Part shown: positions 8,405 through 17,077 of the stretch, piece after piece
Layout of the letters: each line of letters starts with the position of its first letter
Numbering within the stretch: position 1 is the first letter of the stretch
Assembly: GCA_965221905.1 (NCBI GenBank)
Contig: OZ244922.1
Coordinates: 2,496,001 to 2,560,000 of the forward strand
Length of the DNA stretch: 64,000 bases
Reading direction: 5' to 3'
Origin: Chloroflexota bacterium
Lineage (GTDB): Bacteria; Chloroflexota; UBA11872; VXOZ01
The notes under the pieces: model-generated
The model's input: the letters and a program-made list of their open reading frames with translations, nothing else
The model's database searches: none
What the model was told of the DNA's origin: nothing
Made by a program: the position numbers and the translations under genes

Positions 8405-9739
8405 ATGACACTCGACCAAGTAAAGTCACTGGTTGCAGAGCGCGGCATCAAGTTTTTTCTCTGTTCATACGTGGAGATGAGCGGCGCGCCCAAGGCAAAA
8501 CTGATTCCCGCAACTCACGTGGAGGACATGGCGAACGGCAGCGCCGGTTTTGCCGGTTTTGCCGCAGGCGACATGGGCCAAAGTCCGCATGATCCCGATA
8601 TGCTATGCCATCCCGACTTTGATTCGCTCCTCATCCTTCCTTGGCGGCAGGACATTGCGTGGGTTTCGGGCAACATCCACGTAAACGATGAGCCGTGGCC
8701 ATACGGCCCGCGCACGATCCTGGAGCAGCAGTTGGCGAAAGCGGAGCAGGCTGGCTATCGCATGAACGTGGGCACGGAAGCCGAGTTCATGTTGCTCAAG
8801 CAAGACGAGCATGGCGGCTATGCGCCCTGGGACGCGCTCGACACCCTCGATAAGCCTTGCTACGACGTGCGCGCGCTCTACCGGAATCTCGACATCATCA
8901 CCACCCTGGTCGGCTACATGCAGGACTTGGGCTGGGAACCATATGCATCCGACCACGAAGACGCCACCTGCCAATTCGAGCTCAACTGGCTCTATTCCGA
9001 TGGGCTTACGACCGCCGATCGGCACACGTTCTTCCGCTGGATGGTCAAGACCGTCGCCGAGGAGAACGGTCTCACCGCCACGTTCATGCCCAAGCCGTTC
9101 CAAAACCTTACCGGCAATGGCGCCCACTGCCACGTGAGCCTTTGGGACACGGCCAACACCACCAACCTGTTCTTGGACGAAGACGATGAGAACGGTCTCT
9201 CCCAGCTTGCTTATTGGTTCACGGGCGGCGTCCTGCACCACGCCCGCGCGCTCACTGCAGTGACCTGTCCCATCGTCAATAGTTACAAACGCCTGATCCG
9301 GGGTCAGCCCCGCTCCGGCGCTACCTGGGCGCCTGTTTACGGCACCTACGGCGGCTCTAACCGCACCCAGATGATCCGCATTCCCGATCCGGGACGCATT
9401 GAGAACCGCATTGTGGACGGCGCTACCAATCCCTATCTCGCATACACGGTGCTGATGGCCGCCGGCCTCGACGGTATCGCCAACCAGATGGACCCCGGTG
9501 TGCGCAACGACGACAATCTCTACGAGCTATCGGAAGAAGAACTCCGCCGCCGCGGCATCACGTTCCTGCCCACCAGCCTCCCCGAGGCGCTGGACGAACT
9601 CGACAAGGACGACGTTCTCAAGGAAGCACTGGGACGCGAGTACGCCGACTACTTCATCGCAGTCAAGCGCGACGAATGGAACCGCTACCACCTGAGCGTG
9701 AGCCAATGGGAGCTGGATAACTATATCGGGATATTCTAG
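8405..9739 (+). CDS. gmaS: Gamma-glutamylmethylamide synthetase (type III glutamate-ammonia ligase, GlnT-like)
   Basis: GFAGFA, KPCYD, DHEDATCQFE, TFMPKPF and SGATWAP motifs; sits in the mgs/mgd cluster. Confidence 0.85.
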   Translation: MTLDQVKSLVAERGIKFFLCSYVEMSGAPKAKLIPATHVEDMANGSAGFAGFAAGDMGQSPHDPDMLCHPDFDSLLILPWRQDIAWVSGNIHVNDEPWPYGPRTILEQQLAKAEQAGYRMNVGTEAEFMLLKQDEHGGYAPWDALDTLDKPCYDVRALYRNLDIITTLVGYMQDLGWEPYASDHEDATCQFELNWLYSDGLTTADRHTFFRWMVKTVAEENGLTATFMPKPFQNLTGNGAHCHVSLWDTANTTNLFLDEDDENGLSQLAYWFTGGVLHHARALTAVTCPIVNSYKRLIRGQPRSGATWAPVYGTYGGSNRTQMIRIPDPGRIENRIVDGATNPYLAYTVLMAAGLDGIANQMDPGVRNDDNLYELSEEELRRRGITFLPTSLPEALDELDKDDVLKEALGREYADYFIAVKRDEWNRYHLSVSQWELDNYIGIF

Positions 9740-9823
9740 TTGGCCGTTTCAAAGGGCGGGGAAAGCAGGTGTGGGCGTAGTTAGGCCGGACGCCTGGTAG
9801 AAATATAGCCCTCGATCTCCCAA

Positions 9824-9860
9824 GCCGCACTCCGACGAACGCCGGAGTGCGGCAATTCTT
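9824..9860 (+). terminator. Hairpin, probable terminator after gmaS
   Basis: GCCGCACTCCG (9824-9834) / CGGAGTGCGGC (9843-9853), followed by AATTCTT. Confidence 0.55.
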
Positions 9861-9869
9861 GTGCCATTA

Positions 9870-9915
9870 TTGTATGACAAGTCAATTCCAATACGGTATA
9901 CTCTAGTCAATTCCA
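9870..9915 (+). promoter_or_regulatory. Putative sigma70 promoter with overlapping operator-like motifs
   Basis: ATGACA-17bp-TATACT; palindrome TTGTATGACAA 9870-9880; direct repeat AGTCAATTCCA at 9880 and 9905. Confidence 0.5.
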
Positions 9916-9962
9916 GACGCCTCATTCACACGTATAGCTGTCACTGAAGATTGGAGAATAGT

Positions 9963-11123
9963 ATGGCGCAATACCTTGACGCAGAATCCGGCATTACTTT
10001 GGACAACGAGTTCGAGTGTGCCAGCGCGCGGGAGTTCAGCAGAATTGGCCCCGGTCACTATGAAGTTCAGTTGCTCATAGAGAACTACAATCCTGCGTAC
10101 CCGGTGGTATGGGAGTACATGTTCTGCTTCCGGGTGCGGTCGCAGTCAGACCAAGCGCAAACGGTGACGTTTCGCGTCATGAAGGCGCGGGGCGGCATCA
10201 GCTATTTGGACGGACCGCACTTTACCAGGCGCAACGGTAACTGGGAACTCGTGCCCCGTTCCCAGACGCAGATGAGCAATGAGTACGTCGAGGTCACGCT
10301 CGACGTGGCGCCGGGCGACGAGTTTCTGCTGGGCAACCACCCATTCCCCACGCCGGGAGAGGTGGAGTCCACAATGCACGCCACTGCCGCGGCGTTGGAC
10401 AACTTCTCGGTACGCGAATACGGGCGCACGCCGGAAGACCGTTCGCTGCTGGCGCTGGAGAGCGAACCCCGCGACCAAACCGTCATCGTCTTCACCACTA
10501 TGCAGCCGGCCGAGCCGGGCGACGTGCCCATTCTCTTCCTCGCTCATTGGCTCAGCAGTGGTTCTGCCGAATCGGAGAGATTGCTGAACGACTACCAGTT
10601 CTGCCTGCTGCCCATGACAAACCCGGACGGGGCCGCTCACGGTCATTCCGTGACGAATGCTGCCGGGGAGGTGCCGCGCTGCCACTTCGAGGATGCCGCG
10701 TTAGGCAAGCCCGCGCCCTCCGAAGCCGCCGTCATTTGGCAGTATCACGCTGAGAAGAAACCCGCTGTGTTCATCGAGTTTCACATCCACTACCTCGTGC
10801 ACGCCCCGCATAAGCTCGTAGGCATCAACGTTAACGAGCCCTCTGACGAACGGGGTGTGGTTGCGCTGCCTGCAGCCACCGTTTTATGGGGCGAATTGCT
10901 CAAGCTAAACAGCCACTGGCGGGCGCGCCTCATCGAGGCTGAAAGCGATACCTTTCGCAATAGCCTCGATTCAACCCTGGCCCGCGACTTTGGCACTTTC
11001 GGTTATGTCTATCAGATCTATGCTCCCACCGTCGAGGCTGCCTGTGCCCATGCCGTGGACGTAGTGCGCGCCACCATGCAAGGTGTGGCCGCGGCTTCTG
11101 CCCTGACACTGCGCAACGCCTGA
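9963..11123 (+). CDS. M14 (Nna1/cytosolic carboxypeptidase-like) fold protein with altered catalytic residues
   Basis: N-terminal DNEFECAS beta-domain, YGRTPEDRSL, QPAE (for HxxE), PMTNPDG, IEFH. ATG 9963 follows GGAG. Confidence 0.75.
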   Translation: MAQYLDAESGITLDNEFECASAREFSRIGPGHYEVQLLIENYNPAYPVVWEYMFCFRVRSQSDQAQTVTFRVMKARGGISYLDGPHFTRRNGNWELVPRSQTQMSNEYVEVTLDVAPGDEFLLGNHPFPTPGEVESTMHATAAALDNFSVREYGRTPEDRSLLALESEPRDQTVIVFTTMQPAEPGDVPILFLAHWLSSGSAESERLLNDYQFCLLPMTNPDGAAHGHSVTNAAGEVPRCHFEDAALGKPAPSEAAVIWQYHAEKKPAVFIEFHIHYLVHAPHKLVGINVNEPSDERGVVALPAATVLWGELLKLNSHWRARLIEAESDTFRNSLDSTLARDFGTFGYVYQIYAPTVEAACAHAVDVVRATMQGVAAASALTLRNA

Positions 11124-11374
11124 TCCGGCATCATCGCTGCTGTCGCGCACGCGAGATTCTACTCTTTAGAAGATAGACAAAACGCTTTATTCGCTGTAAT
11201 CTACAGGCAGGCAGCGTGAAACATTAAAGTCAATGCGGGGGAGGCGGCAACCACGCAGCTTGTAGTTGGAATGTGCACGCCGAAATAGAGAGGAGGCCCG
11301 AACACACGCAGTTGGCCGTCATCCCTATGCGCAGTAGTGAGTGTGATACGACGGAGAAAGGACGAAAATTGACG

Positions 11375-12808
11375 ATGTATAAGAGTCATCTCACACGCAG
11401 GAGCGTCCTAGCCGGTATAGCCGGATCATTCAGCATTATGGCGGCAGCCGCGTGCGCACAAGGGGCCGCAACGCAGATGCCGGCAGAAGAGCCAAAGGCC
11501 GAGGCTGAGGAGCCTAAACTGGCCGAAAAAGCACCGGTAATGGAAACGGTCACGGTGCGCGCCGGTTGGATCTCCAATGACGCCTCGGTGATCGAGACCT
11601 TCTACGGCGATCTGCTTGTCGCCAGCTTCGAGGAGGCGCATCCGAACATCAAGGTGGACTGGGAAGGCGCGCCCGCCAGAGAACACCATGCCAAGCTCGC
11701 AACCCAGTTGGCGGCCAACGAAGCGCCGGACGTGTTCCATAGCGACGGCGTCCGCTACGCGCTCTTCCGTGACTCCGGCTACATCAATGATCTCGCGCCT
11801 TTCTTGCAGCGCGACGCCGGCACACTGCAAGGCGTAATCGGCCCCGAGTTCTTCCGCGATCCCGACGGCAGCACGTGGGGTATCTCCAGCAGCATCGGCG
11901 GCGTCGCCACGGCGTACAACACGGCGCATTTCGATAAGTTCGGTGTCAACCGGCTCCCCGAGGGCGGACTAAACTGGAACCCGACCGACGGCGGCCAATT
12001 CTTGGAGATAGCGCTAGAGCTCACCAAGCGCGGCAGCACCGAGGCGGACCCGGTCTGGGGATTCTTCAACAACAAGCAGATCACGGGCGACGTGTTGAGC
12101 TTGCTCGTGCAGAACGGCACGAATTTCCTCAGCGATGACTACCGCCGCTCGCGAATCCATGAGCCGGAGTTCATGGAAGTGGTGGAATTCCTGCACAACC
12201 TGGAATTCAAGTGGCAGGTCTCGCCCAATCCTGAAGATGTCGCGCTGTTGCGGGAGGCCATACCCGAAGGGCAAACCTACCACGCGCCCTTTGCTTTTCA
12301 GCGGACAGCCATGATGAATCTGCTCATGGGCCAGTCCGGCCGCTGGGGCGGCCCCGATCCGGAGAGCTTGCCGGTTGTGGCGGTGAAGTTCCTGAGCGGC
12401 CCCCAGAACGACAAGGTACCGAGCGGCGGGCGTGTGATGGAGCACTGGGGCAGCACGTCGAATCCTGACGAGGCATGGGACCTCATGCGCTTCTTCTTGA
12501 CCGATCTCGAGGTGAACATTGCGACGTTTACCGTGCTGAAGTCCGGCCTGCCGCCCAATACCACTTTCTGGGACGACGAACGCCTCTATGTTAAGTCCGG
12601 TCGGCCGCCGCGCGAAATCGAGGCCTACATGGCCACGCTGCGCGAGGGCAAGGGCTACTATTGGCAGGTGAATGGTGTCTGGAGTGCTTGGATTGGCGCG
12701 TACCGAACCGGCCAAAGAGCGATTTGGGCCGGCGAGGTCACGGTAGAGGAGGCTATGCAGCAAGCCAGCAAGGTGGCGCAGGCAGCACTGGACGAGTATT
12801 ACGGATAA
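11375..12808 (+). CDS. Tat-exported lipoprotein, ABC extracellular solute-binding protein (family 1-like), paralog 1
   Basis: TRRSVL twin-arginine motif, AAAC lipobox, E/K/A/P-rich linker, FEEAHPNIKV and APDVF. Confidence 0.85.
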   Translation: MYKSHLTRRSVLAGIAGSFSIMAAAACAQGAATQMPAEEPKAEAEEPKLAEKAPVMETVTVRAGWISNDASVIETFYGDLLVASFEEAHPNIKVDWEGAPAREHHAKLATQLAANEAPDVFHSDGVRYALFRDSGYINDLAPFLQRDAGTLQGVIGPEFFRDPDGSTWGISSSIGGVATAYNTAHFDKFGVNRLPEGGLNWNPTDGGQFLEIALELTKRGSTEADPVWGFFNNKQITGDVLSLLVQNGTNFLSDDYRRSRIHEPEFMEVVEFLHNLEFKWQVSPNPEDVALLREAIPEGQTYHAPFAFQRTAMMNLLMGQSGRWGGPDPESLPVVAVKFLSGPQNDKVPSGGRVMEHWGSTSNPDEAWDLMRFFLTDLEVNIATFTVLKSGLPPNTTFWDDERLYVKSGRPPREIEAYMATLREGKGYYWQVNGVWSAWIGAYRTGQRAIWAGEVTVEEAMQQASKVAQAALDEYYG

Positions 12809-12858
12809 ACAGATACCGTCCCGCCGCACATTTCCACTAGGAGAGACACGAGACACTG

Positions 12859-12900
12859 AACGCGCCGCTTCTCGTAACGAGAAGCGGCGCGTTTACCTTC
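12859..12900. terminator. Intrinsic terminator between convergent genes
   Basis: AACGCGCCGCTTCTCG-TAA-CGAGAAGCGGCGCGTT long perfect stem. Confidence 0.75.
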
Positions 12901-12931
12901 TTCGTGGCCATCTCCGTACATGACCGCGTTT

Positions 12932-13204
12932 CTATGGAAAAAACTTGATGACCACAATGATTAATCCGGCGGCGGCAAAGACCATCCTACCCAGCCGTAG
13001 CGTCATACGTTGCTTAAGAAGCTGCAACTCTGTCTGGAGTTCTGTTTTAAGAAGCTGGATCTCTGTATGGAAATAATGCTTCGTTACCAATCCGCTTGTC
13101 GCCTCTCCCAGCACCTCTACGAGGGCAACAGCGTGTGGTTCAGTAAACCCTGCGCCTTTGAGCAATTTTGCCGCCTTGAGTGTGTCGAACGGGGATACAG
13201 CCAT
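12932..13204 (-). CDS. DUF1640/CCDC90-like small coiled-coil membrane-anchored protein
   Basis: FDTLKAAKLLKGAGFTEPHA head, LVTK neck, coiled coil and C-terminal TM helix; ATG 13204 follows an AG-rich RBS. Confidence 0.75.
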   Translation of the reverse strand: MAVSPFDTLKAAKLLKGAGFTEPHAVALVEVLGEATSGLVTKHYFHTEIQLLKTELQTELQLLKQRMTLRLGRMVFAAAGLIIVVIKFFP

Positions 13205-13393
13205 GCCCTCTCTCCTTTTGCGGCGCCACCGCATAGCATCAGGCAAGACCACCATCTTGTACGCATCATATACGCTATCTGTTGTACATGTTTAGGGAGC
13301 GCTCTATAGCGGTGCGTTCACGAATAAACCTGCGTAGGCAGGTCACCGGGTCTCTCCGCAGCCTGCTTACGCTTAGCCTTCACTCATCTCGGG

Positions 13394-14791
13394 TTAGATC
13401 GGCGCCGCTACCCTTCCCGCCAAGCGGACGTCTGCCTGCAGGAACAGCGTACCGTCTTGCCGCTGTTGCGCAGAGAGTTGCCCCCGGGGATCGCAGACAA
13501 CCACTAAGCTTTCCTTGCCTTCCGGAATTCGGAAGCGCACGTCACAGACTGTCTGCTCGAGTCCAGTAATTATAGGCACGAGAGCGTGACCAATCTGCAC
13601 CCCGCCACCCTCATCGAGCGGTCCATCGAAGACCATTACCGCAACGTCGCGCGCATCTAACACACCCCGGTTCGCCAGCGTCACCTGCACGCGCCCAATG
13701 TCCCGGTTAAGTTCGGACACCTCGACCGCAGCAATTTCCAGGTCGCACTCTACCCGGTCAACAGCTACCGCTGCGTGCGCATCAATCAGGCCGTGACCGA
13801 GAAACGGATTCCATCCAGCGCCGCCGAACTGACGTGCTGTATTGCGCATCACCATCCGCACTTGCTCAGCCGTCAAACCGGGATGCCGCGACCAGATGAG
13901 CGCCGCGAGGCCGGATACGTGGGGGATCGCCATGCACCCGCCCGACCACTCCACGTAGCCGCCATGCGCGGTGGAAATCGTACTCAACACGCCGTACTCC
14001 TCTTGGGGGTGCACACCCAGCGCTGCCTTCATGACATATTCCTCTGCCAGCGGCAAGATGCGCCGGGAGGGATCATTGGCAAGGTCGTACCCGCGCCAGC
14101 CCGATGGTGCGGCGACCTCGGTCAGGTCGCCATAGTCGCTAAAGTCGGCCATACGCCCGCTCTTTTCGGCGGAGGCCACGTTGACCACGCCCGGACACAG
14201 CGCGGGATACTTAGCAACATTCTGCGCTTGATTGCCGCCGGTAGCGTTCACGATCAACACGTCATGCTGCTGCGCGTAGAGGCACGCCTCGAGCAGCGCC
14301 TCAGAGTCGGGCGGCGTCCAGGCACTATAGATCGTGGGCAGGCCGTGCTTGATGTTGTACATGTAGCCCACGTTGCTCAGGTTAATCACCCGCGCGCCGT
14401 TTTCCACGGCAAACCGGATGCCCCGCGCAATCTCAGCATCGTCATATGCATTCACCCGAACAGGGAGAATGCGACATTCCGGAGCAACGCCGGCAATGCC
14501 AATGCTGTTGTCCGCGCGTGCGGCAATTATGCCGGAGACGTGGGTGCCGTGGTCGGTGCAATCCTTGTGCTTGCGCGGCTGCGACGTGTCGTGAACGGTG
14601 TCGTCATCATCCCACAAGTCCCGGCCCGGTAGGAACTGCCCCTCAAGGTCCGGGTGCCCAACGTCAAAGCCCTTCTCGATAACGGCAACCACCACGTCGG
14701 GGCTGCCCCGTGTAACTTCCCACGCATCGGGAGCGTTTATGAGGTGCAGCCCCCATTGCTTTTCAAACAAGGGGTCATTCACTGGCATCAT
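13394..14791 (-). CDS. S8 subtilisin-fold protein with Glu-His-Cys triad and C-terminal CARDB/Ig-like domain
   Basis: NDPLFEKQWGL, VAVIEKG..HPDL, HGTHVSGIIAA, VINLS, TGGN and SGGCMAIPHVSG; no signal peptide or propeptide; ATG 14791 follows AAGGA. Confidence 0.85.
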   Translation of the reverse strand: MMPVNDPLFEKQWGLHLINAPDAWEVTRGSPDVVVAVIEKGFDVGHPDLEGQFLPGRDLWDDDDTVHDTSQPRKHKDCTDHGTHVSGIIAARADNSIGIAGVAPECRILPVRVNAYDDAEIARGIRFAVENGARVINLSNVGYMYNIKHGLPTIYSAWTPPDSEALLEACLYAQQHDVLIVNATGGNQAQNVAKYPALCPGVVNVASAEKSGRMADFSDYGDLTEVAAPSGWRGYDLANDPSRRILPLAEEYVMKAALGVHPQEEYGVLSTISTAHGGYVEWSGGCMAIPHVSGLAALIWSRHPGLTAEQVRMVMRNTARQFGGAGWNPFLGHGLIDAHAAVAVDRVECDLEIAAVEVSELNRDIGRVQVTLANRGVLDARDVAVMVFDGPLDEGGGVQIGHALVPIITGLEQTVCDVRFRIPEGKESLVVVCDPRGQLSAQQRQDGTLFLQADVRLAGRVAAPI

Positions 14792-14929
14792 GCTGGTATT
14801 CCTTTGTGCGTTACGCGCAGGACACTTCTGACCATGACAATTGTGACCCATACGAGCCCAAGTGTGCATTCACTATGAATTGCTTTAGGTAGTATGTCAA
14901 TCGGTGCGCTCAAGTCTCGAGCTCTCCAC

Positions 14930-14957
14930 TTGACGCCAACAGCCCGAATAGTACACT
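14930..14957 (+). promoter_or_regulatory. Putative sigma70 promoter of SBP paralog 2
   Basis: TTGACG-16bp-TACACT. Confidence 0.45.
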
Positions 14958-15125
14958 ATCGGTATGAGAAACAGAGTTCTGCAGAATGCCAATTCCGTAC
15001 GATACGAAAGGAGAGGCAACACAAACGACCCAGGCAGATCTGCACTCAACTCGGCACATCATTAGTGCTTTATGCGCTGAGGTGTTCTGAAAAACTGCAA
15101 ACAGAATGACATGAGAGGGTAAACA

Positions 15126-16568
15126 ATGCCATTTGCTCGAAGTCGCATGACGCGACGACATATGCTGGCGGGCACCGGCGGCGTGCTCGGCGCAATTGCG
15201 CTGGCGGCCTGCGGTCAAGCCATGCCGGCCGAGTCCGGCGAAATGCCGGAGAAGGCGGAAGAGACAACTAAAGCCGAAGAACCGGCGCCAGCGGAGAAGG
15301 TTACTGTATCGGTTAGGTGGATCTCCAACGACCTTACCTTGGTTGAGCCATTCTACGAGAATCTCGTTGTGGCGCGATTCTACGAGAACTACGACAACAT
15401 CGAGCTTGATTGGGTAGGCGACACTTACCGCGACACCATGAGCCAGCTCAATACACAGCTCGCCGCCGGTGACGCTCCCGATGTTTTCCACAACGATGGC
15501 GTCTTCTTCGCTCGCAACCGTGACGCGGGGTTCGCTCGGTCACTCACCGAATACACTAAGCGTGATGCCGGGCAGCTTGAGGGAATCCGTGGTCCGGAGT
15601 TTTTCAGCGACGAGAAGCAAGACGTCTACGGCGTCTGCATGGGCGTCGGTTGCTCGGCGTTTGCCTACAACACCGACATCTTTGACCGCATGGGCATCAA
15701 CCGTCTGCCCGCCGAGGGCATCGACTGGAATCCGGGCGACGGCGGCACGTTGCTGGAAATAGCGTCTGACATTACCGCAAAGGGTGAGACCGAAGATCCC
15801 AAAATCTGGGGATTCTTCAATAACAAGCAGATCACCTTTGACGTGCTGGGCATGTTGCTCCAGAACGGCACGAACTTCCTGACCGACGACTACCGCCGGT
15901 CACGCATACACGAGCCGGAATTCGTCGCGGTGATTCAGTTCCTGTGGGACTTGGAGTTCAAGTATCGGGTCTCGCCAAATCCCGATGATATTGCAGAATT
16001 CAATGCTAGCATTCCCGAAGGGTCCGGTTACCATGGACCTTTTGCCTGGCAACGGGCAGCCATGATGAATCTCGGCCTCGGCCAGTCCGGTTCCTGGGGT
16101 TCGCCGGAACCGGAAAAACTACCCATCGAAGCGGTGCAGTTCATCAACGGCCCGGCAAATAGCAAAGTGCCTGGCGGCGGACGTGTGGTAGAGATGTGGG
16201 GCAGCACCGAAGTGCCCGACGAAGCCTGGGAAGTGATGAAGTTCCCGCTGGTCGACCATGAGGTTCAGGTAGGGGTCTTCACAATCCTACGTGACGGCCT
16301 GCCGGCCAATACTAATACCTGGGATGACCCACGTCTGCTTGAGAAGAGCGGTCGACCGCCACGTGAGGTTGAAGCGTATATGGCGCCGCTTAGGGAAGGC
16401 CTCGGCCAGTACTGGCAGGTCAATGGCGTATGGCTGCAATGGATCCGCGCATTCCGCGGCCAGCAGTCCCGTGCGTGGGCGCAGGAAGTCACCGTCGAGG
16501 AAGCCATGCGTGAGGCGAGTAACCTAGCGCAAGCTCACCTGGACGAGTACTACGCCGACCAGAGCTAA
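15126..16568 (+). CDS. Tat-exported lipoprotein, ABC extracellular solute-binding protein, paralog 2
   Basis: TRRHML motif and LAAC lipobox; shares long identical blocks with 11375-12808 (WGFFNNKQIT, DDYRRSRIHEPEF, KSGRPPRE, YWQVNGVW). Confidence 0.85.
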   Translation: MPFARSRMTRRHMLAGTGGVLGAIALAACGQAMPAESGEMPEKAEETTKAEEPAPAEKVTVSVRWISNDLTLVEPFYENLVVARFYENYDNIELDWVGDTYRDTMSQLNTQLAAGDAPDVFHNDGVFFARNRDAGFARSLTEYTKRDAGQLEGIRGPEFFSDEKQDVYGVCMGVGCSAFAYNTDIFDRMGINRLPAEGIDWNPGDGGTLLEIASDITAKGETEDPKIWGFFNNKQITFDVLGMLLQNGTNFLTDDYRRSRIHEPEFVAVIQFLWDLEFKYRVSPNPDDIAEFNASIPEGSGYHGPFAWQRAAMMNLGLGQSGSWGSPEPEKLPIEAVQFINGPANSKVPGGGRVVEMWGSTEVPDEAWEVMKFPLVDHEVQVGVFTILRDGLPANTNTWDDPRLLEKSGRPPREVEAYMAPLREGLGQYWQVNGVWLQWIRAFRGQQSRAWAQEVTVEEAMREASNLAQAHLDEYYADQS

Positions 16569-16591
16569 GCTCCTAGCTAGTTTGCGGTTTG

Positions 16592-16626
16592 GACGAGGAG
16601 GGCATCGCATAGCCCTCCTCGTCTTG
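16592..16626 (+). terminator. Probable terminator hairpin
   Basis: GACGAGGAGGGC / GCCCTCCTCGTC 12-bp stem 24 bp after the stop. Confidence 0.65.
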
Positions 16627-16886
16627 CGTTCAGCGCCGGTCGCGACCTCGGTCTTCCGCTCCCTTGCGTGAGGGGGGATAGCGTGACAGAATTGCCTAAA
16701 TTGCCTATCTAGAGAGGCCTGTTGCACATTAGAAACGTATGGCAGCATACAGACGCTTGTGGAAATCTGCGCTATCCTAGAGGCAGAGATAGTAAGGCGT
16801 ACTGAACGGTGCAAGAACTGAAGGCAAATGGCCTGTCGAGTTTCAAGCCCTTTGAGTTTTCAAGTCATTTGTATGTTGCTTCAAAA

Positions 16887-16913
16887 TGTCATTCCGAGCG
16901 CAGCGAGGAATCT
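16887..16913 (+). repeat. (C/T)GTC-tagged REP-like element, intergenic
   Basis: TGTCATTCCGAGCGCAGCGAGGAATCT, same GTCATTCC...GGAATC frame as 3542-3568; decayed inverted partner near 16938-16962. Confidence 0.6.
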
Positions 16914-17077
16914 AAGAATGCACCTTCTGAACTCTAATGTCGCTTTGCTCCTCGGAACGCCAGGTCGGGCGGCATTGTTTTCATGACACGAACTGCGGTT
17001 CAGCCACCAAAGTAGTCCAAAGTTGATACTCTGGCCGCTTTTCAGTCCACTCGCTTCACTAGGAGGTTGCTAGCAGA

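Noticed and set aside
8405-9739. Ordinary glutamine synthetase glnA
   Set aside because: GFAGFA/KPCYD/SGATWAP motifs and the mgs/mgd context favour GmaS.
13394-14791. S8 pseudogene or S53 sedolisin
   Set aside because: The ORF is intact with an RBS. It keeps the S8 His motif and oxyanion Asn, unlike sedolisins (Glu-Asp-Ser).
16709-16732. CTAGAGAGGCCTGTTGCACA as a possible IS/MITE end
   Set aside because: No matching inverted partner found nearby.
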